Assembly: GCA_024137785.1 (NCBI GenBank)
Contig: JAHRHZ010000085.1
Span: 3,721,463-3,785,462, forward strand
DNA: 64,000 nucleotides
Source: Ginglymostoma cirratum
Taxonomy: Eukaryota
Reading direction: 5' to 3'
Shown here: positions 27,318-40,339 of the stretch, in pieces
Numbering within the stretch: position 1 is the stretch's first letter
Layout: every line of letters begins with the position of its first letter
The notes under the pieces: generated by a model
Seen by the model: only the letters and a program-made list of their open reading frames with translations
Databases searched by the model: none
Told to the model about the DNA's origin: nothing
Translations under genes and position numbers: made by a program

Positions 27318-27596
27318 TGTCCCGAAGCTAGTGAAAATTACTCAGGTGTCCTCTCCGTCCCTCACACCCCTCTGGACAACAGCTGGCTTCTTCACAGGAG
27401 ACTTGAACCTTGGTTGGTGTAAAAATGACAGCGAGACTGCATCTGGAATAAACGCAAGTCGAAGACAAAGAGAAGAGGGACTATATAAAGTTTCCATCTT
27501 CCTCAGCCCTGTGGAGATCGGGTCTGTTTATATGTGCCAGGCTTCTCATGTTTCTCTCGCTGTCTCAGCAAACGACAGTTACGTGGTTTTCGTGAG
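27318..27596 (+). pseudogene. Gene B: Ig C1-set exon (disabled)
   Basis: Acceptor CAG->CCG; B-strand Cys->Trp (27373-27375); GFF..DLNLGWCKND...GLYKVS...YMCQASHVSL. Confidence 0.85.
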
Positions 27597-27849
27597 GTAA
27601 GGGTCTCAAATTCTCAATGCACATCTGCTCGGTAGTGGCTTGGGATCCCCTCTTCCTGCTTTCGCTGATGTGAAATTAAACACTCTGAAAGGAAGTAGCT
27701 AATGGGCATATAGTTATGCAAATGAGGTCTTTTTCTGAGGTCCCAGGTAAATGTTACAATGTTTAAACACGTGGGGTGTCAGTCGAGGACAGACCAGAGT
27801 CAGAATAGTTAGGTTTGTGACAGTTGGGAAAGAAGTGAGAGGGAAAAAG

Positions 27850-29470
27850 GGGAAAAACTGATATCATCTTCAGCAATCTGACCGTCGCAGATACAACTGA
27901 CCATCACTGTATCTGTACGAATGACCACTGACTGTCCTTGCGAAAATGAATTCAAGTCTTTGCAGTGAGCATCCACACCATCGTGTTGTTTGGCACTACA
28001 ATCGTGTTAAATGGGGCAGATTTGGAACAGTTAGAATAACTCAAGACCCAGCATCACTGAGGTGCTCTGGGCCATCAACAGGAACAGAATTGTACTCAAA
28101 CCAATCTGCAAAGCATGTCACATCAATTTCACCACTCTATCATTACCATCAAACGGGTGATCAATCCTAGTTTCAAAGAACAGTGCAGCAGGAAATGCCA
28201 AGAGGAGCACCAGGAACACCAGAACATGTGGTAAAAACATGGCAAACTTGAAAAACAGAGTTAATTGCATTCCAAACAGCACAAACGACAATTAGTAGAA
28301 AGGACTCAGGGTTGCCAAAACAAATGCATCACATCAAAGCTCTGCAATCCTGTCACATCCAGTCTAGAATGATGGTTGACATCAAATAAGTCATTGGAGC
28401 AGGAAGCTCCAGGAATACCCCCACCCGCAATTAATGGATGCTCGGTAGATCAGTGCAGAAAAAAAGGCTTAGATATTTACAAAATCTTCAGCCAGAAGAG
28501 CCAAGTCGATGATCCAGCTTGGTCTCCTCGTTTGGTCACCAGCATCACCAATGGCAATCACAAATACCACCCGACGTGATGTTAAGATACATTTGGAGGG
28601 ACTGGATATTACAAAGGCTATGGTGGTTGATACTATTCCGGCAATAGCATTGAAGAGTTGTGTTCCAGAGCTTGTCGCAACCCTTGCCAAATTGATCTAA
28701 GATAATTGCAACACTGGTATCTACGTGAAAATTTGAAAAAGAACCTGGGGTATGCCCATGTGTGGAAAAAGTATGACAAATCCATTTTGTTCCAAATGCC
28801 ATTCCATCAGTCAGCTGTCCAACATCAACAAAATGATTGGATGTGTCATCTCCAATGCTATCAAGTAGCACTTGCTCAGCAATAACCTGCTCAATGACGC
28901 CCACTTAAGGCTCCGCCAGAGCCATTCAGCTCCTAATCGCATTACAGCATTCGTTTCAAACACAGAAAGAAGAACTGAACTTCGGAGCGGAGGTAAAAGT
29001 GACTACTCTCCGGAATAGGTCAGTACTGGCCCAGTGTAAAGAGTCCCAGCAAAATTAGAGCCAATGGAAATCAGGTGAAAACTTTCCTCTCATTGAAGTC
29101 TTCCCTCGCACATAGAAAGATCGTGAAGATTATTGGGAGTCAGTCATCTCTGCATTCCACCATCTTGATATCGGAATAGTGAAGATCGCTGATACTTGTC
29201 CAAAGTTCAGCTCCACGGACCACTTCCCAGATATTGAATCGGTCCATGTCAAAATGTAACAAAACATGAATGGTATCCAGTCTTAGACTAACATGTGGAA
29301 AGTAGCAAACACGCCAATCAACTGACAGAAAATGACCATTTCCAATAAGACAGAACCTAACAACTGGCCTTTGGAATACAATGCATTACCATCGCCGTGT
29401 CCCTTCAATAGCTTTCTGAAGGTAATTGTTAAACTCAATGTGAAACGGACAGTTTTAAAAAATCCTTCAT
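27850..29470 (+). mobile_element. Decayed LINE fragment (paralogous copy at ~48300-49680)
   Basis: LEGLDITKAM...IPAIALKSCVPELVATLAKL; same family as 36683-39967. Confidence 0.75.
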
Positions 29471-32012
29471 GCAGCACGTATCACCAGAGTTAGATATAGA
29501 AGGCAGCATACCACCCGGTACTCCTGAAACTTACACCATCAGCCTCCAGTTCTAATACGGTTCCAGCATCACTGCACATGGCCAGGAATAGCCTTATCAC
29601 TCTATGTTCCTGCCCCGGTCGTCTTTAGTTTGCGTTCATCCAGAAATGCACCTCATCACCCGACTTGCCAATCGCAGAATTGTGGCAGCATAGAAGGGGA
29701 CCATGTAGAAATGACAGAACTGGACCTTATATTCCTGATGTGACACCTTTACTTTAAATTTTGGAAATGAGTTCCCACTACACTTTAATCCCCGCTTTGC
29801 TGTTGTACTGTACACTCGTCCAAATGGGCATCTATCTCTATAAATAGGGGGAAAAAATCAATACCAACACCCTGGATGTGCAACATCGCATCACATCACG
29901 TTACATTCAGGCATAGGTCACCCAGAGCTATACATTCCTAACATGGCCATATCAATCTGCACTGATGATATGATCCCATCACCATAGGTTCTAGAATGAA
30001 TATCGACCATTCTTCATGGAGACCATTGTTCATCATTCTTTAAACATACAAAACATCAAGAATGAATAAATAAATGTGCGAGACAACTTGAATCAGAGTA
30101 CATAAGGTAGAAGTCGTTGCTGAGACATGGCAAAAACAGCACTGGTAACAAATGCTACCATGTTAAAAGGTTTTCGGGAAAGGTAGGATAACTTTTGGTA
30201 GAAAAGCGTACTTAATATGTAACACTGAAATCGCCTCTGCAGTGCTAGAGAACATACGGAGAGGCAGTCAAGTAGTGCAGAATTGTGAACGTGATGAACA
30301 AAACAGGAAAGAATCTTGGGTTGCACTGGAGGTTGCGCGTAGGTCCCTAGCTCTTGTGAAGTAATGTTGCATTTCATGTTAACAACAATCGGCAGCGTTG
30401 CAGGTTTATCAGTATGTCAGCCTTTCTACTCCAACTGTTGTTTTGCATTGATTAGAAAAGTGATTTTCACGTGGCTTTTAGCATTCACATATCTTGGTAA
30501 AAGCAAGCAGGTGTATTAACAAGAAGGTAGCGAACAGCATCAGCTATGAGTTTGAATTGATCTGTTGCATTTAAATTAAGTATTTTGCTTGTACTCCTTC
30601 AGTCTTTGCACTGAGAGAGTTTAAGATCGGGCGGCAATGCCGTCATGATGTGTTATGGGGCTAGGATCTGAGCACGTTGCTTTACTGTTGGCAGGACACG
30701 GGATCACTTACACCTCGACAGACGGTGAAACTGAAGTTCAATTTTTAAAAACAATTGGAAAAGAAAGGCTGGTGCTTTGATGATCTTATAACTATTGTTG
30801 TCAAACATATACAAAGTCTTATTCAATGATATCCTCAGGGAAAGGATTTCATACATGCTGCAGTGTCCTCAATGTCTCTCCAATCTGGATTAGTCACTGG
30901 ATTCTCTCATGTCTTTACCTCTACCAGCGCCTCCACATTCCACATGGTCTACGCAAAATCAATTCCATCGATCTGTTTTCTATTGTGTCAACCCTCATAA
31001 CCATAAATAACCCATTATTCAATTTTCATTGCTAGGGCCATTTTGCTTTGCATTATATCCTCCTCACTGACCTCTGCACACCAAACACACCTCCCTCTCC
31101 CAAGTTCAAAACTTGTCTCAAAACCTTTTCATTGACTCTTCTGTACTAGAAAATATCTCTAAACACCACATTCTTGTCAACCCTTATGAATTCATTATTA
31201 ATTTCCCAAAACTGAACATGTTCGTCATAATTTTATGCTGAAAGTTCATTAATCAGACATGAGTTAGAATAAATCAAGAATAAATTTTGAATTTTGAATA
31301 AATCAAAGTAAATAAATTAATAAATGTGATGATGATCATTGAATCTATTACATCCAGGCTCCCATTTTGGGACGTTAAAAGAGAACGCCACTAACCTTTC
31401 TTCTTTACCTGTCCTCCCCCCTGCAGCTGAAATCGATAGGCCCCATCTATTTTCCTCCACCATATGCAGTCATTGTATCACTTTGTCCCGGACTGGCTTG
31501 ATTTCCTGCCCCCTCAGGGCTCTACGGTGTAATAAACTCCCTCAGCAAATGGCCATTGACAGCTCCTTTCTCCGTTTTATCTCAACAAAGTCGTTCAAGG
31601 ATATGTCATCGGGCCCAACTGTATGATGAGGGCATGAATTTCTATTTCATCAGCACCTCTGTCAAAATCCACACTGCCGCTGTGCTACATTCCCACCGCG
31701 CTCCCAATTCGCCCGTCACTGCCACCAGTCGGACAACACTGAACTCAATCAAGGGCCGTTGCAACTAGGAATTTTTCACGTAATGCAAAAATATTTCATC
31801 TTCTCTTGGTCGCCAATCAGCCCTGAGCCACTGTAATCTTCCAACACCTACTCTCATTAATCCGCCTTCAAAAGAACCAATTCACTGAGGTTGCCTCAGA
31901 CACCAAGTGGAGTGCCTGAACGCACCAGCAAATCCCAGATGGTCATAATTTTTCCGTCAATTTTCGCTGGATCGTGCAGTCTTCCTGCTCGACAACATTG
32001 TCCCAGCCCAGA

Positions 32013-32067
32013 ATGTCTGTGCTCCATGTGCTGTGCTATCTCGCGGTCCTGTGAATAACTAATGCAG
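32013..32067 (+). pseudogene. Gene C: leader exon with in-frame stop
   Basis: MSVLHVLCYLAVL*ITNA g|gtctat; TGA at 32052-32054 where gene D has GGA. Confidence 0.78.
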
Positions 32068-32260
32068 GTCTATAAATATTTACAACCATTTGGCGAATTG
32101 GAAGATGAATGGAAATAACAGGAACTCGAAAGAGGCCACTTCGTTTTCATGATTAATTATTGGGTTTTTTTTCGTTATGTTTCTTACCCATTATTTCACC
32201 CCTTTTTATATTTCAGACCACGAAACTTAAACAACTAATTTTTGTGTATGTTTCTGACAG

Positions 32261-32581
32261 GTACTGACGAAACCCCTCTCTCTGTGACTCAAATCCCCGC
32301 ACACCTGACTGCACTGGAAGGTACAAGTGTATCCATGTATTGCTCCATCCCGCTTTTCGGTCTCAAAATATTTGTGAATGTGCGCTGGTGGAGAGACGGA
32401 CAGGGCGTAACTTTGGATCCAACAGAAGATCAAAGGAAAATAATGTTACCCTTCAAGCAAGTAGTTTCTGTGTTCCATCTGTTGAATGTGAGCTTCTGGG
32501 ACTCCGGAATCTATTACTGCAACGTCAGCGTCTTGGGCAGGAAGACTTCTAATGGAAATGGAACTCACCTTATTGTACACG
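32261..32581 (+). pseudogene. Gene C: intact VJ-type Ig V exon (NKp30/SIRP-like) of a disabled gene
   Basis: AG/GT bounded, 321 nt, phase 1/1. SVTQIPAHLTALEGTSVSMYC...WWRDG...DSGIYYCNVSVLGRKTSNGNGTHLIVH. Confidence 0.92.
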
Positions 32582-35500
32582 GTGAGTGTCACAGATCAGG
32601 AATGGGCGAAGCTAAATTAGGCAGGTACTGCGTACATCGATAATAGATGACAACAGCAGCAAGGGGTCTGCTTGCACTTTGGTACTGTTAAGCAGGCTTT
32701 ATGTTTTAGTTCAAGGGGACCGAGACCCAACACGTAACAGTGTACATCAGACTTGCCGTCCGTCGTCAATCAAAGCTTGCCGGGCAGTATGATGCATTCA
32801 ATCCTGTTTTACGCCGACCATTTAAAAAAAAACGGATACCATATCCTCTATAATACTTCAGTTGATTTAGGTAGCTTTCGGGAAAATCTATTCCCAACAC
32901 GACTTGGCAGGCAGTCCAGTGTGGAAAGGTTTTTTTTTCCTAAAGGGGTAAAAGTCAGGTTCTCAAAATGAATTACCAAATAGATGCGACTCGAAAATGA
33001 GGTTTGGAAGCATAGCACAAAGAATCAACGAGAAAATGATTAAACGTAAAAATAATTAAACGGACACAGCTACAGCACGGTGTGAGTAATGCAAAAACGA
33101 GAGCAAATTATAAGTTCTCCAAAGGAGGAACTGGCTTTTGGAAAACATCCAAACATAGGCTGCCATAGAACGAAGTATGAAATGCTGTCTCAGAAATGTT
33201 GGGCTTCCTCACGCTGACGGATTGGATTATTAAGGACTTACAAACGCTCACTGAACATTTAATTGAGAACTAGGGAGTGTTATTTAGAGTGCTTCTAGCG
33301 TAAACTTATAACAGGAAATACAATTACGCTGCTTCCAAATATGATTTTGAGGAGACGTTTACTCACTACATCAGAATTAAATTTACAAGGAAATGTTTAT
33401 TTCTGTTACTTGCAACTTTCGATAATTATTTGCATTCCTAGCAGATTGAGTCTCACCTTAAATCGTGATTTTAGGAAGTCAGTAAAGTTTTCTGAGCACA
33501 TTACCTCGTTATGTTGATGCAATCAGTCTACGGACATGAAATCGCATAATGGAAATAATTTTGAACTCTGCAGTTTATCTGAATCGTGGATAGGTCCTGG
33601 AGGCACTTGCTCAAGACTGTGCACCAGGTTCAAATGTGACTGGGCCGTTTTGCAAAGAAACTGCCTTCGAAATGGATAATGGCTTCATCCATACCAGATA
33701 TTAAGGTGAGAATGCAACAGGATATTGTTACATGAAAATGAGGTTTGGAAGCATAGAACAAAGAATCAACAAGAAAATGATTAAACATAATCCTGACAAG
33801 TGTATGCAAAGATCTCTTGTTGTTTCAGTTCACTTTGTGTAAATCCTGTGAGCTCGACTGGGAAACTAAAATATTTCCCAGTATCAGTCGGGAACTAATG
33901 ATTGCGAAGGAGAATGGACAAAAGAGGGCAAGTTCATTACGTGCAATCAACTGAACGATATAGGGTTTTAAATTCTCAAAAAAGTGCAAATTAATTTCGC
34001 TTATAAATTTAACAGTCAAGAGAAGTATTTCGTGAAAATCTTCAATCGTTGAAGTTCTATTTGGAATTCAGCCGATGGCATGCTTAATGGGTGACTTGGA
34101 TGGCTATCATTTATAGATGAAGACTGTTTGCAACTCTAGTGAAATATTTCCGAGAAAATGACTTTTCGTTTATCTGACAAAACATTAACATCCTGGGGGG
34201 GGGGGGGGGTTGTCCAGGCCCTGAACTGCAGATACAATACCTGCAAGATTAGGTGGAAGGCTAGGAATCCTACAATGTGTAATCCACCTCCTGACTCCTC
34301 AAATCTTATCCACCATTCATAAAACACAAGACGTCAGTGTGATGGAATAGTTCCCACTTGCTAGATAAAGTGTAACTGCAACAACGCACAAGAAGCTTGA
34401 TGATGCATTCAGGCAGTGCAGCCCACTCTGCTGGCATCACATCCATCACCATTCCCTGCGTGACCAACGCTCTGTGATGATCCTGGATGCCATTTTGCAT
34501 ACGAACATGTCCTATCGCATCAGAATGTGCCATCTGCAAGATGAGGTGTAGAAATTCGCCCAAAATTTGTCGACAGCACCTTCAAAACCCATGGCAGTAG
34601 ATACGTGGCAATACGACCACCTATACATTCTCTTCTAAGACTTTCACTATCTTGACTTGGAAATATATCGCCGCTTCAATAGTGTCGCTGGGTCAAAAAC
34701 CTGAAACTCCTTTCTTTGTAACATTATGGCTGCAGACACTCTCGGTAGATTGCTGTGGTTCAAGGACGCTGCTCATTACCATCTTCGCAAGTGCAACTCG
34801 GAATAGGGAATGAATGGTGGTCAAGATAAAATAAAAATACTGTTAGTTATTTGGCGTCAGTTGAGGGGCAGGGCGAGGCAAATATAGGAATTCATGAACT
34901 TAGGATCCTGATTTTTATTGCAGTTTTTAAGAGATGTGGATGGAGGTTAGACGCAAAAGTGTCCGCGGACAGATGAGTCAAGGGTTAAAAGTTACATCTT
35001 CATTTTGGAGCTCAATAATCGAAACGAGAAGGAAAATAAAAAGGAAGTGAAAGACAAACTGGATTAATCTTGTGTTTGTGATAGTGTCAAACTAGTGATA
35101 GAAACTGACGCTCCAGTTTTATCCCTCTTGAATCTTCATTCATTGTATCCAAAATACATAAAGGCGACCAGTCCTGGACTCGGGTTTAGGCTTTTGATGG
35201 GACCGCTTATAATTCAATATAAACTGTGGATTGAGAATATCTGATATAACCAGTGAGTATTCGATAGACTCTGCGTCCGATCGAACCAGTTGTTGATGAA
35301 TGGGCTCCAGATTGAGAATGTATGATAAAACCAATGATTATTCATTATAGACTCCGACTGACTGTATCCGATTGGGCCACAATTATTCCAAAATAGACTC
35401 TAACCTGCTTGCGCAGAGTATGTGCTTCTTCCAACATATTCAGTAGCTGCCTGTTTTGACACGGTTATGTCCACTCCGTTCATCTCCACGGTCTATCCGA

Positions 35501-35710
35501 ATACAAAGGAAAGGGCGGGTATACAAGCATACGCTGATTCTGAGTTTCAGGATGGGAACTTTATTTGTTAGCAATGATAGGATGATAAAAACAAATGGAA
35601 TTTCCTCTAAAATTCAAAAAGTGCGAATGCCCTTTTACACGCGGTTTAATCCTCTCTCCATCCCACACACTTGTTCCGTTATTGACTCATTGAATGTTAT
35701 TGTGTTTCAG

Positions 35711-35992
35711 TGCTGCCAACACCGCTGACGATAACCCGCCTGCACTCGTCCTTCCTCGCTCTCCTCTGCACAACAGCTGGCTTCTTCCCGGGGAGGTTTG
35801 AACTCGTGTAGTATAAGGATTACTCCGAAATCACGTCCGGCATCAACATTAGGAAAATCTTGAACAATCAGGGTTTATTTCAAGTTTCCAGCGAGCTCAG
35901 TCTTCCTGAGAGTGGATCAATCTATACCTGCCAGGTTTCTCATATGGCACTCAACGTCCCGGCAAATGTCAGCTGCACGGTTCCGAACCGCG
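35711..35992 (+). pseudogene. Gene C: Ig C1-set exon with nonsense codon
   Basis: AG/GT bounded, 282 nt. LALLCTTAGFFPGRFELV*YKD...YTCQVSHMAL; TGG->TAG at 35809-35811. Absent from the ORF track. Confidence 0.9.
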
Positions 35993-36682
35993 GTAAGGCT
36001 CGTGAGTTTTCAGTATTGACTTAACCAGTGTGTTTGTTACATACAGGAACCTAACATGGGATTTCTGCCCGCACTAATCCTCAACATTGAAAATACAAGG
36101 GTCTGATCCATTCTCGCAAAATTGGCACTGCAGCCAAAGTTAAAATTAACGCCTATAATTTGCAATGTTACTACGCAGTCAGCTCAAAATTTACCACAAA
36201 CAGCAACCGATCTGCATTGCATCCGCACCATACCCAGTTCCCTTGTCTGACACACGGTTTCATCCACAAAACTGCTTGTAATCATTCCTTTCTCTATCGC
36301 TCGCGCTCTCTTTCTCGTTCGTTCTCCCTGTCACTACGTTTTCGCTGCTACATTCACCTCTTCCCAATCCCCGTTTCTCAAAAATTCCAGTCATTCCATC
36401 TCAATGACCCCTTGGTTTCAGTAGAGATCTTCTTCCCCTCTGTGTATTCACCTCCTTCACGACCCGACATTTCTTTATCTCTGCCTCTAATCAGTCCAAT
36501 ATCTGCCCCCGTCCAATGTGAACTGCTTTACTGTAGCACATATCAGTCTCCAATCACCGTCCAGTTACTTCCTGTGGACTCCATGGTTACTGTTTCGGTC
36601 CGTTCCTCCGTTGGTATGGTTCCTCGTTTCTGGTTTAAGGCAGTGGTTTCAGTTCTCTTCCTAGTCGAGTGCCCGATGGACT

Positions 36683-39600
36683 TCTTTTTCTATTCACTTT
36701 GTGGGATGTGGGCGTCGCTGGCTGGTCAGCATTTCTTGCCCATCCCTAGTTGCCCTTGACAAGGTAGTGGTGAGCTGCCTTCTTGAACCGCTGCATTCTT
36801 CCTGCTGTGGGTTGACCCATAATGCTATTAAGGAGGGAGGATTTCCAGGATTTTGTTCCAGCGACAGTGAAGGAACGGCGATATATTTCCAAGTCAGGAT
36901 GGTGAGTGACTTGGAGGGGAACTTGGAGGTGGTGGTGTTCCCATATATCTGCTGTCTTTGTCTTTCTAGAGGGAAGTCGTCGTGGGTTTGGAAGGTGCTG
37001 TCTGAAGATCTTTGGTGAATTTCTGCAGTGCATCTTGTAGATGGTACACACTGCTGCTACTGAGTGTCGGTGGTAGAGGGAGTGGATGCTTGCGGATGTA
37101 GCGCCAATCAAGCCGGGTCTGCTTTGTCCTGGATGGTGTCAAGCTTCTTGAGTGTTGTTGGGGCTGCACTCATCCAGGCAAGTGGGGAGTATTCCATCAC
37201 ACTCCTGACTTGTGCCTTGTAGATGGTGGACAGGCTTTGAGGAGTCAGGAGATGATACTTGCTGCAATATTCCCAGCTTCTGGCCTGCTCTTGTAACCAC
37301 TGTGTTAATGTGATGAGTCCAGTTGAGCTTCTGGTCAATGCTAAGCCCCAGGATGTTATAGTGGGGGATTGAGTGATGGTTACTCAATTGAATGTCAAGG
37401 GACTGTGGTTAGATTGCCTCTTATTGGTGATGGTCATAGCCTGGAAGTTGTGTGGTGTGAATGTCATTTGTCACTTGTCAGCCCAATCCTGGATATTATC
37501 CAGATTTTGTTGCATGTGAACATGGACTACTTCAGTCCCTGAGGAGTCACGAATGTTGCTGAATATTGTGCAATCATCGGCCAACATCCCCACTTCTGGC
37601 CTTATGATGAAGGGAAGGTCATTGATGAAGCAGCTGAAGATGGTTGGTCCTAGGACACTGCCCTGAGGAACTCCTGCAGAGATGTCCTGGAGCTGAGATG
37701 ATTGACCTCCCACAACCACGACCATCTTCTTATGTGTCAGGTATGACTCCAACCACCAGAGCGTTTGCCCCCTGATACCCATGATTCCAGTTTTGCTCGG
37801 GCTCCTTGATGCCATACCCGGTCGAATGCAGCCTTGATATCAAAGGTTGTCACTCTGAATTCATCTCTGGAATTCAGCTCTTTTGTCTATGGTTGAACCA
37901 AGGCTGTAATGAGGTCAGGCGTGGAGTGGCCCTGGCAGAACCCAAACTGGACGTCACCGAACAACTTATTTCTTAGCAGGTGCTGCTTGATAGCACTGTT
38001 GATGACACCTTCCATCACTTTACTGATGATCGAGAGGAGACTGATGGGACATAATTGGCCGGGATGGATTTGTCCTGCTTTTTGTGTACAGGACATACTT
38101 GGGCAATTTTCCATATTGCCAGGTAGATACCAGTGTTGTAACTGTACTGGAACAGCTTGGCTAGGGGAGTGGCAAGTTCTGGAGCACATGTCTTCAGTTC
38201 TATTGCTGGAATGTTGTCAGGGCCCATAGCCTTTGCAATATCCAGTGCCTCCAGCCGTTTCTTGATATCACTTGGAGTGAATCGAATCGGCTGAAGACTG
38301 GTATCTGTAATGCTGGGGACCGCTGGAGGAGGCCGAGATGGATCATCCGCTCGGCACTTATGGCTGAAGATTGCTGTGAATGTTTCAGTCTTATCTTTTG
38401 CATTGATGTTCTGGGCTCTTCCATCATTGAGGATGGTGATATTTGTGGAGTTTCCTCCTCCAGTGAGTTGTTTAATTGTCCACCACCATTCACGACTGGA
38501 TGTGGCAGAACTGCAGAGCTTAGATCTGATCCGTTGGTTTTGGGATTGCTTAGCTCTGTCTATCACTTGCTGCTTTCGCTATTTGGCGTGCAAGTAGTCC
38601 CGTGTGGTGGCTTCGCCAGGTTGACATCTCATCTTCAGGTATGCCTGGCGCTGCTCCTGGCATGCCCGCCTGCACTCACCATTGAATCAGGGTAGATCGC
38701 CTGGCTTGATGGTATTGGTTGAGTGGGGGATATGCCAGGCCATGAGGTTACAGATTGTGTTGGAATACAGTTTTGCTGCTGTTGATGGCCCACAGCACCT
38801 CATGGATGCCCATTCTTGAGTTGCTAGATCTGTGCGAAGTCTATCCCATTTAGCACGCTGATAGTGCCACGCAACACGATAGAGGTTGTTCTCAAAGTGA
38901 AGGTGGGACTTAGTCTCCACAAGAACTGTGCGATGGTCACTCTTACCGATACTGTCATGGGCAGATACAACTGCGGCTGGCAGATTAGTAATGACGAGGT
39001 CAATTATGTTTTTCCCTCTTGTTGGTTCCCTCACCACCTGCCGCAGACCCAGTCTAGCAGCTATGTCCTTTAGGACCTGACCAGCTCGATCAGTAGTACT
39101 GCTGCTGAGCCATTCTTGTTGTGTGGACATTGAAATCCCCCACCCAGAGTATATTTTGTGCCCTTGCCATACTCAGTGCTTGTTCTAAGTGTTGTTCAAC
39201 ATTGATGAATACTGATTCATCAGCTGAGGGAGGACAGTATGTGGTAATCAGCAAGACGTTTTCTTGTCCATGTTTAACTTGAAGCCATGAGACTTCATGG
39301 GGTACAGAGTCAATGTTGAGGACTCCTAGAGCAACTCTCTCCCTCAGTATACCACTGTGCCACCCCCTCTGTTGGATCTGTACTGCCACGTGAGACAGGG
39401 CATATCCAGGGATGGTGATGGTGGTGTCTGGGACTTTGTCAGTAAGGTATGATTTTGTGAGTATGACTATGTCAGGCTGTTGCTTGACTAGTCTGTGAGA
39501 CAGCTCTCCCAATTTTAGCACTAACCCCCAGATGTTAGTGAGGAGGACTTTGCATGGTCGACAGGACAGTTTCTGCCATTGTCTTTTCCAATGCCTAGGT

Positions 39601-39967
39601 CGATACTAGGTGATCCGTCCAGTTTTATTTCTTTGAGTCTTTGTAGCGATTGATACAACTGAGTGGCTTGCTCGCCCATTTCAGAGGGCAGTTGAGAGTC
39701 AACCACATTGTTGTGTGTCTGGAATCACATGTAGGCCAGGCCAGGTTGCAGCTTTCCTCCCTTGAAGGACATTAGTGAACCAGATGGGTTTTTTCCCACA
39801 ATCGGCAATGATTTCATGGTGATCAGTAGATTCTTAATTCCACACTATTTTTCTTTTGAATTCCAATTCCACCATCTGCCGCGGTGGGATGCGAATCCGG
39901 TTCCCCAGAACATGGGCTGGGTTTCTGCATTAATAGTCTATTGGTATATACCACGAGGCCATCGCCG
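36683..39967 (-). mobile_element. Near full-length, frameshifted CR1/L2-group LINE (APE endonuclease + RT) with tRNA-like 5' head
   Basis: APE motifs NIWGL, GDFNVH, DLVITN, SDH. RT motifs KAMGPDNIP, GVPQGSVLGP, ADD. A/B-box-like motifs at 39951-39961 and 39887-39897. Confidence 0.88.
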
Positions 39968-39969
39968 AC

Positions 39970-40250
39970 CCTGACACAGCCACGCAGAGCTCAGGCAGTA
40001 CTGTACAGTTGAAGGTGCTGTCTTTCGGATGAAAATTATGCCTAAACTAATAGTTCCTTCACGTGCACGCAAGCGATCCGGGTCGCCACTTTGCAGAAGG
40101 ATAATTAAGTCCTGAGTGAATATTTTACCTTCCAATCCATACCGCAACGTCAAATGGTCTGATCACTGTCACATTGGTCTTTCGAGAACAGGGTTTACAA
40201 TAGATGCCACATTTCCTATATTACGGCAGCGACACTATTTCAAAAATAGA
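39970..40250 (+). mobile_element. DeuSINE-like remnant (related segments at ~14860-15160 and ~55170-55430)
   Basis: GGTGCTGTCTTTCGGATGA...GATCACTGTCACATTG...CACATTTCCTATATTAC, recognised by eye as Deu-domain-like. Confidence 0.5.
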
Positions 40251-40339
40251 GATTGGCAATATATGCTGCCTTGACCACCAACACCCACATCCCATGAAAC
40301 AATATTGAAATACGATGCACTCCTCCAATCTTCGGACAC

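Noticed and set aside
30655-30724. Candidate leader exon MGLGSEHVALLLAGHGITY
   Set aside because: It lies inside a decayed tRNA-derived SINE head; the true leader is at 32013-32067.
36160-36759. 199-aa ORF with a hydrophobic end after C1 of gene C
   Set aside because: Low-complexity intron sequence running into a LINE tail; the real TM exon is at 42518.
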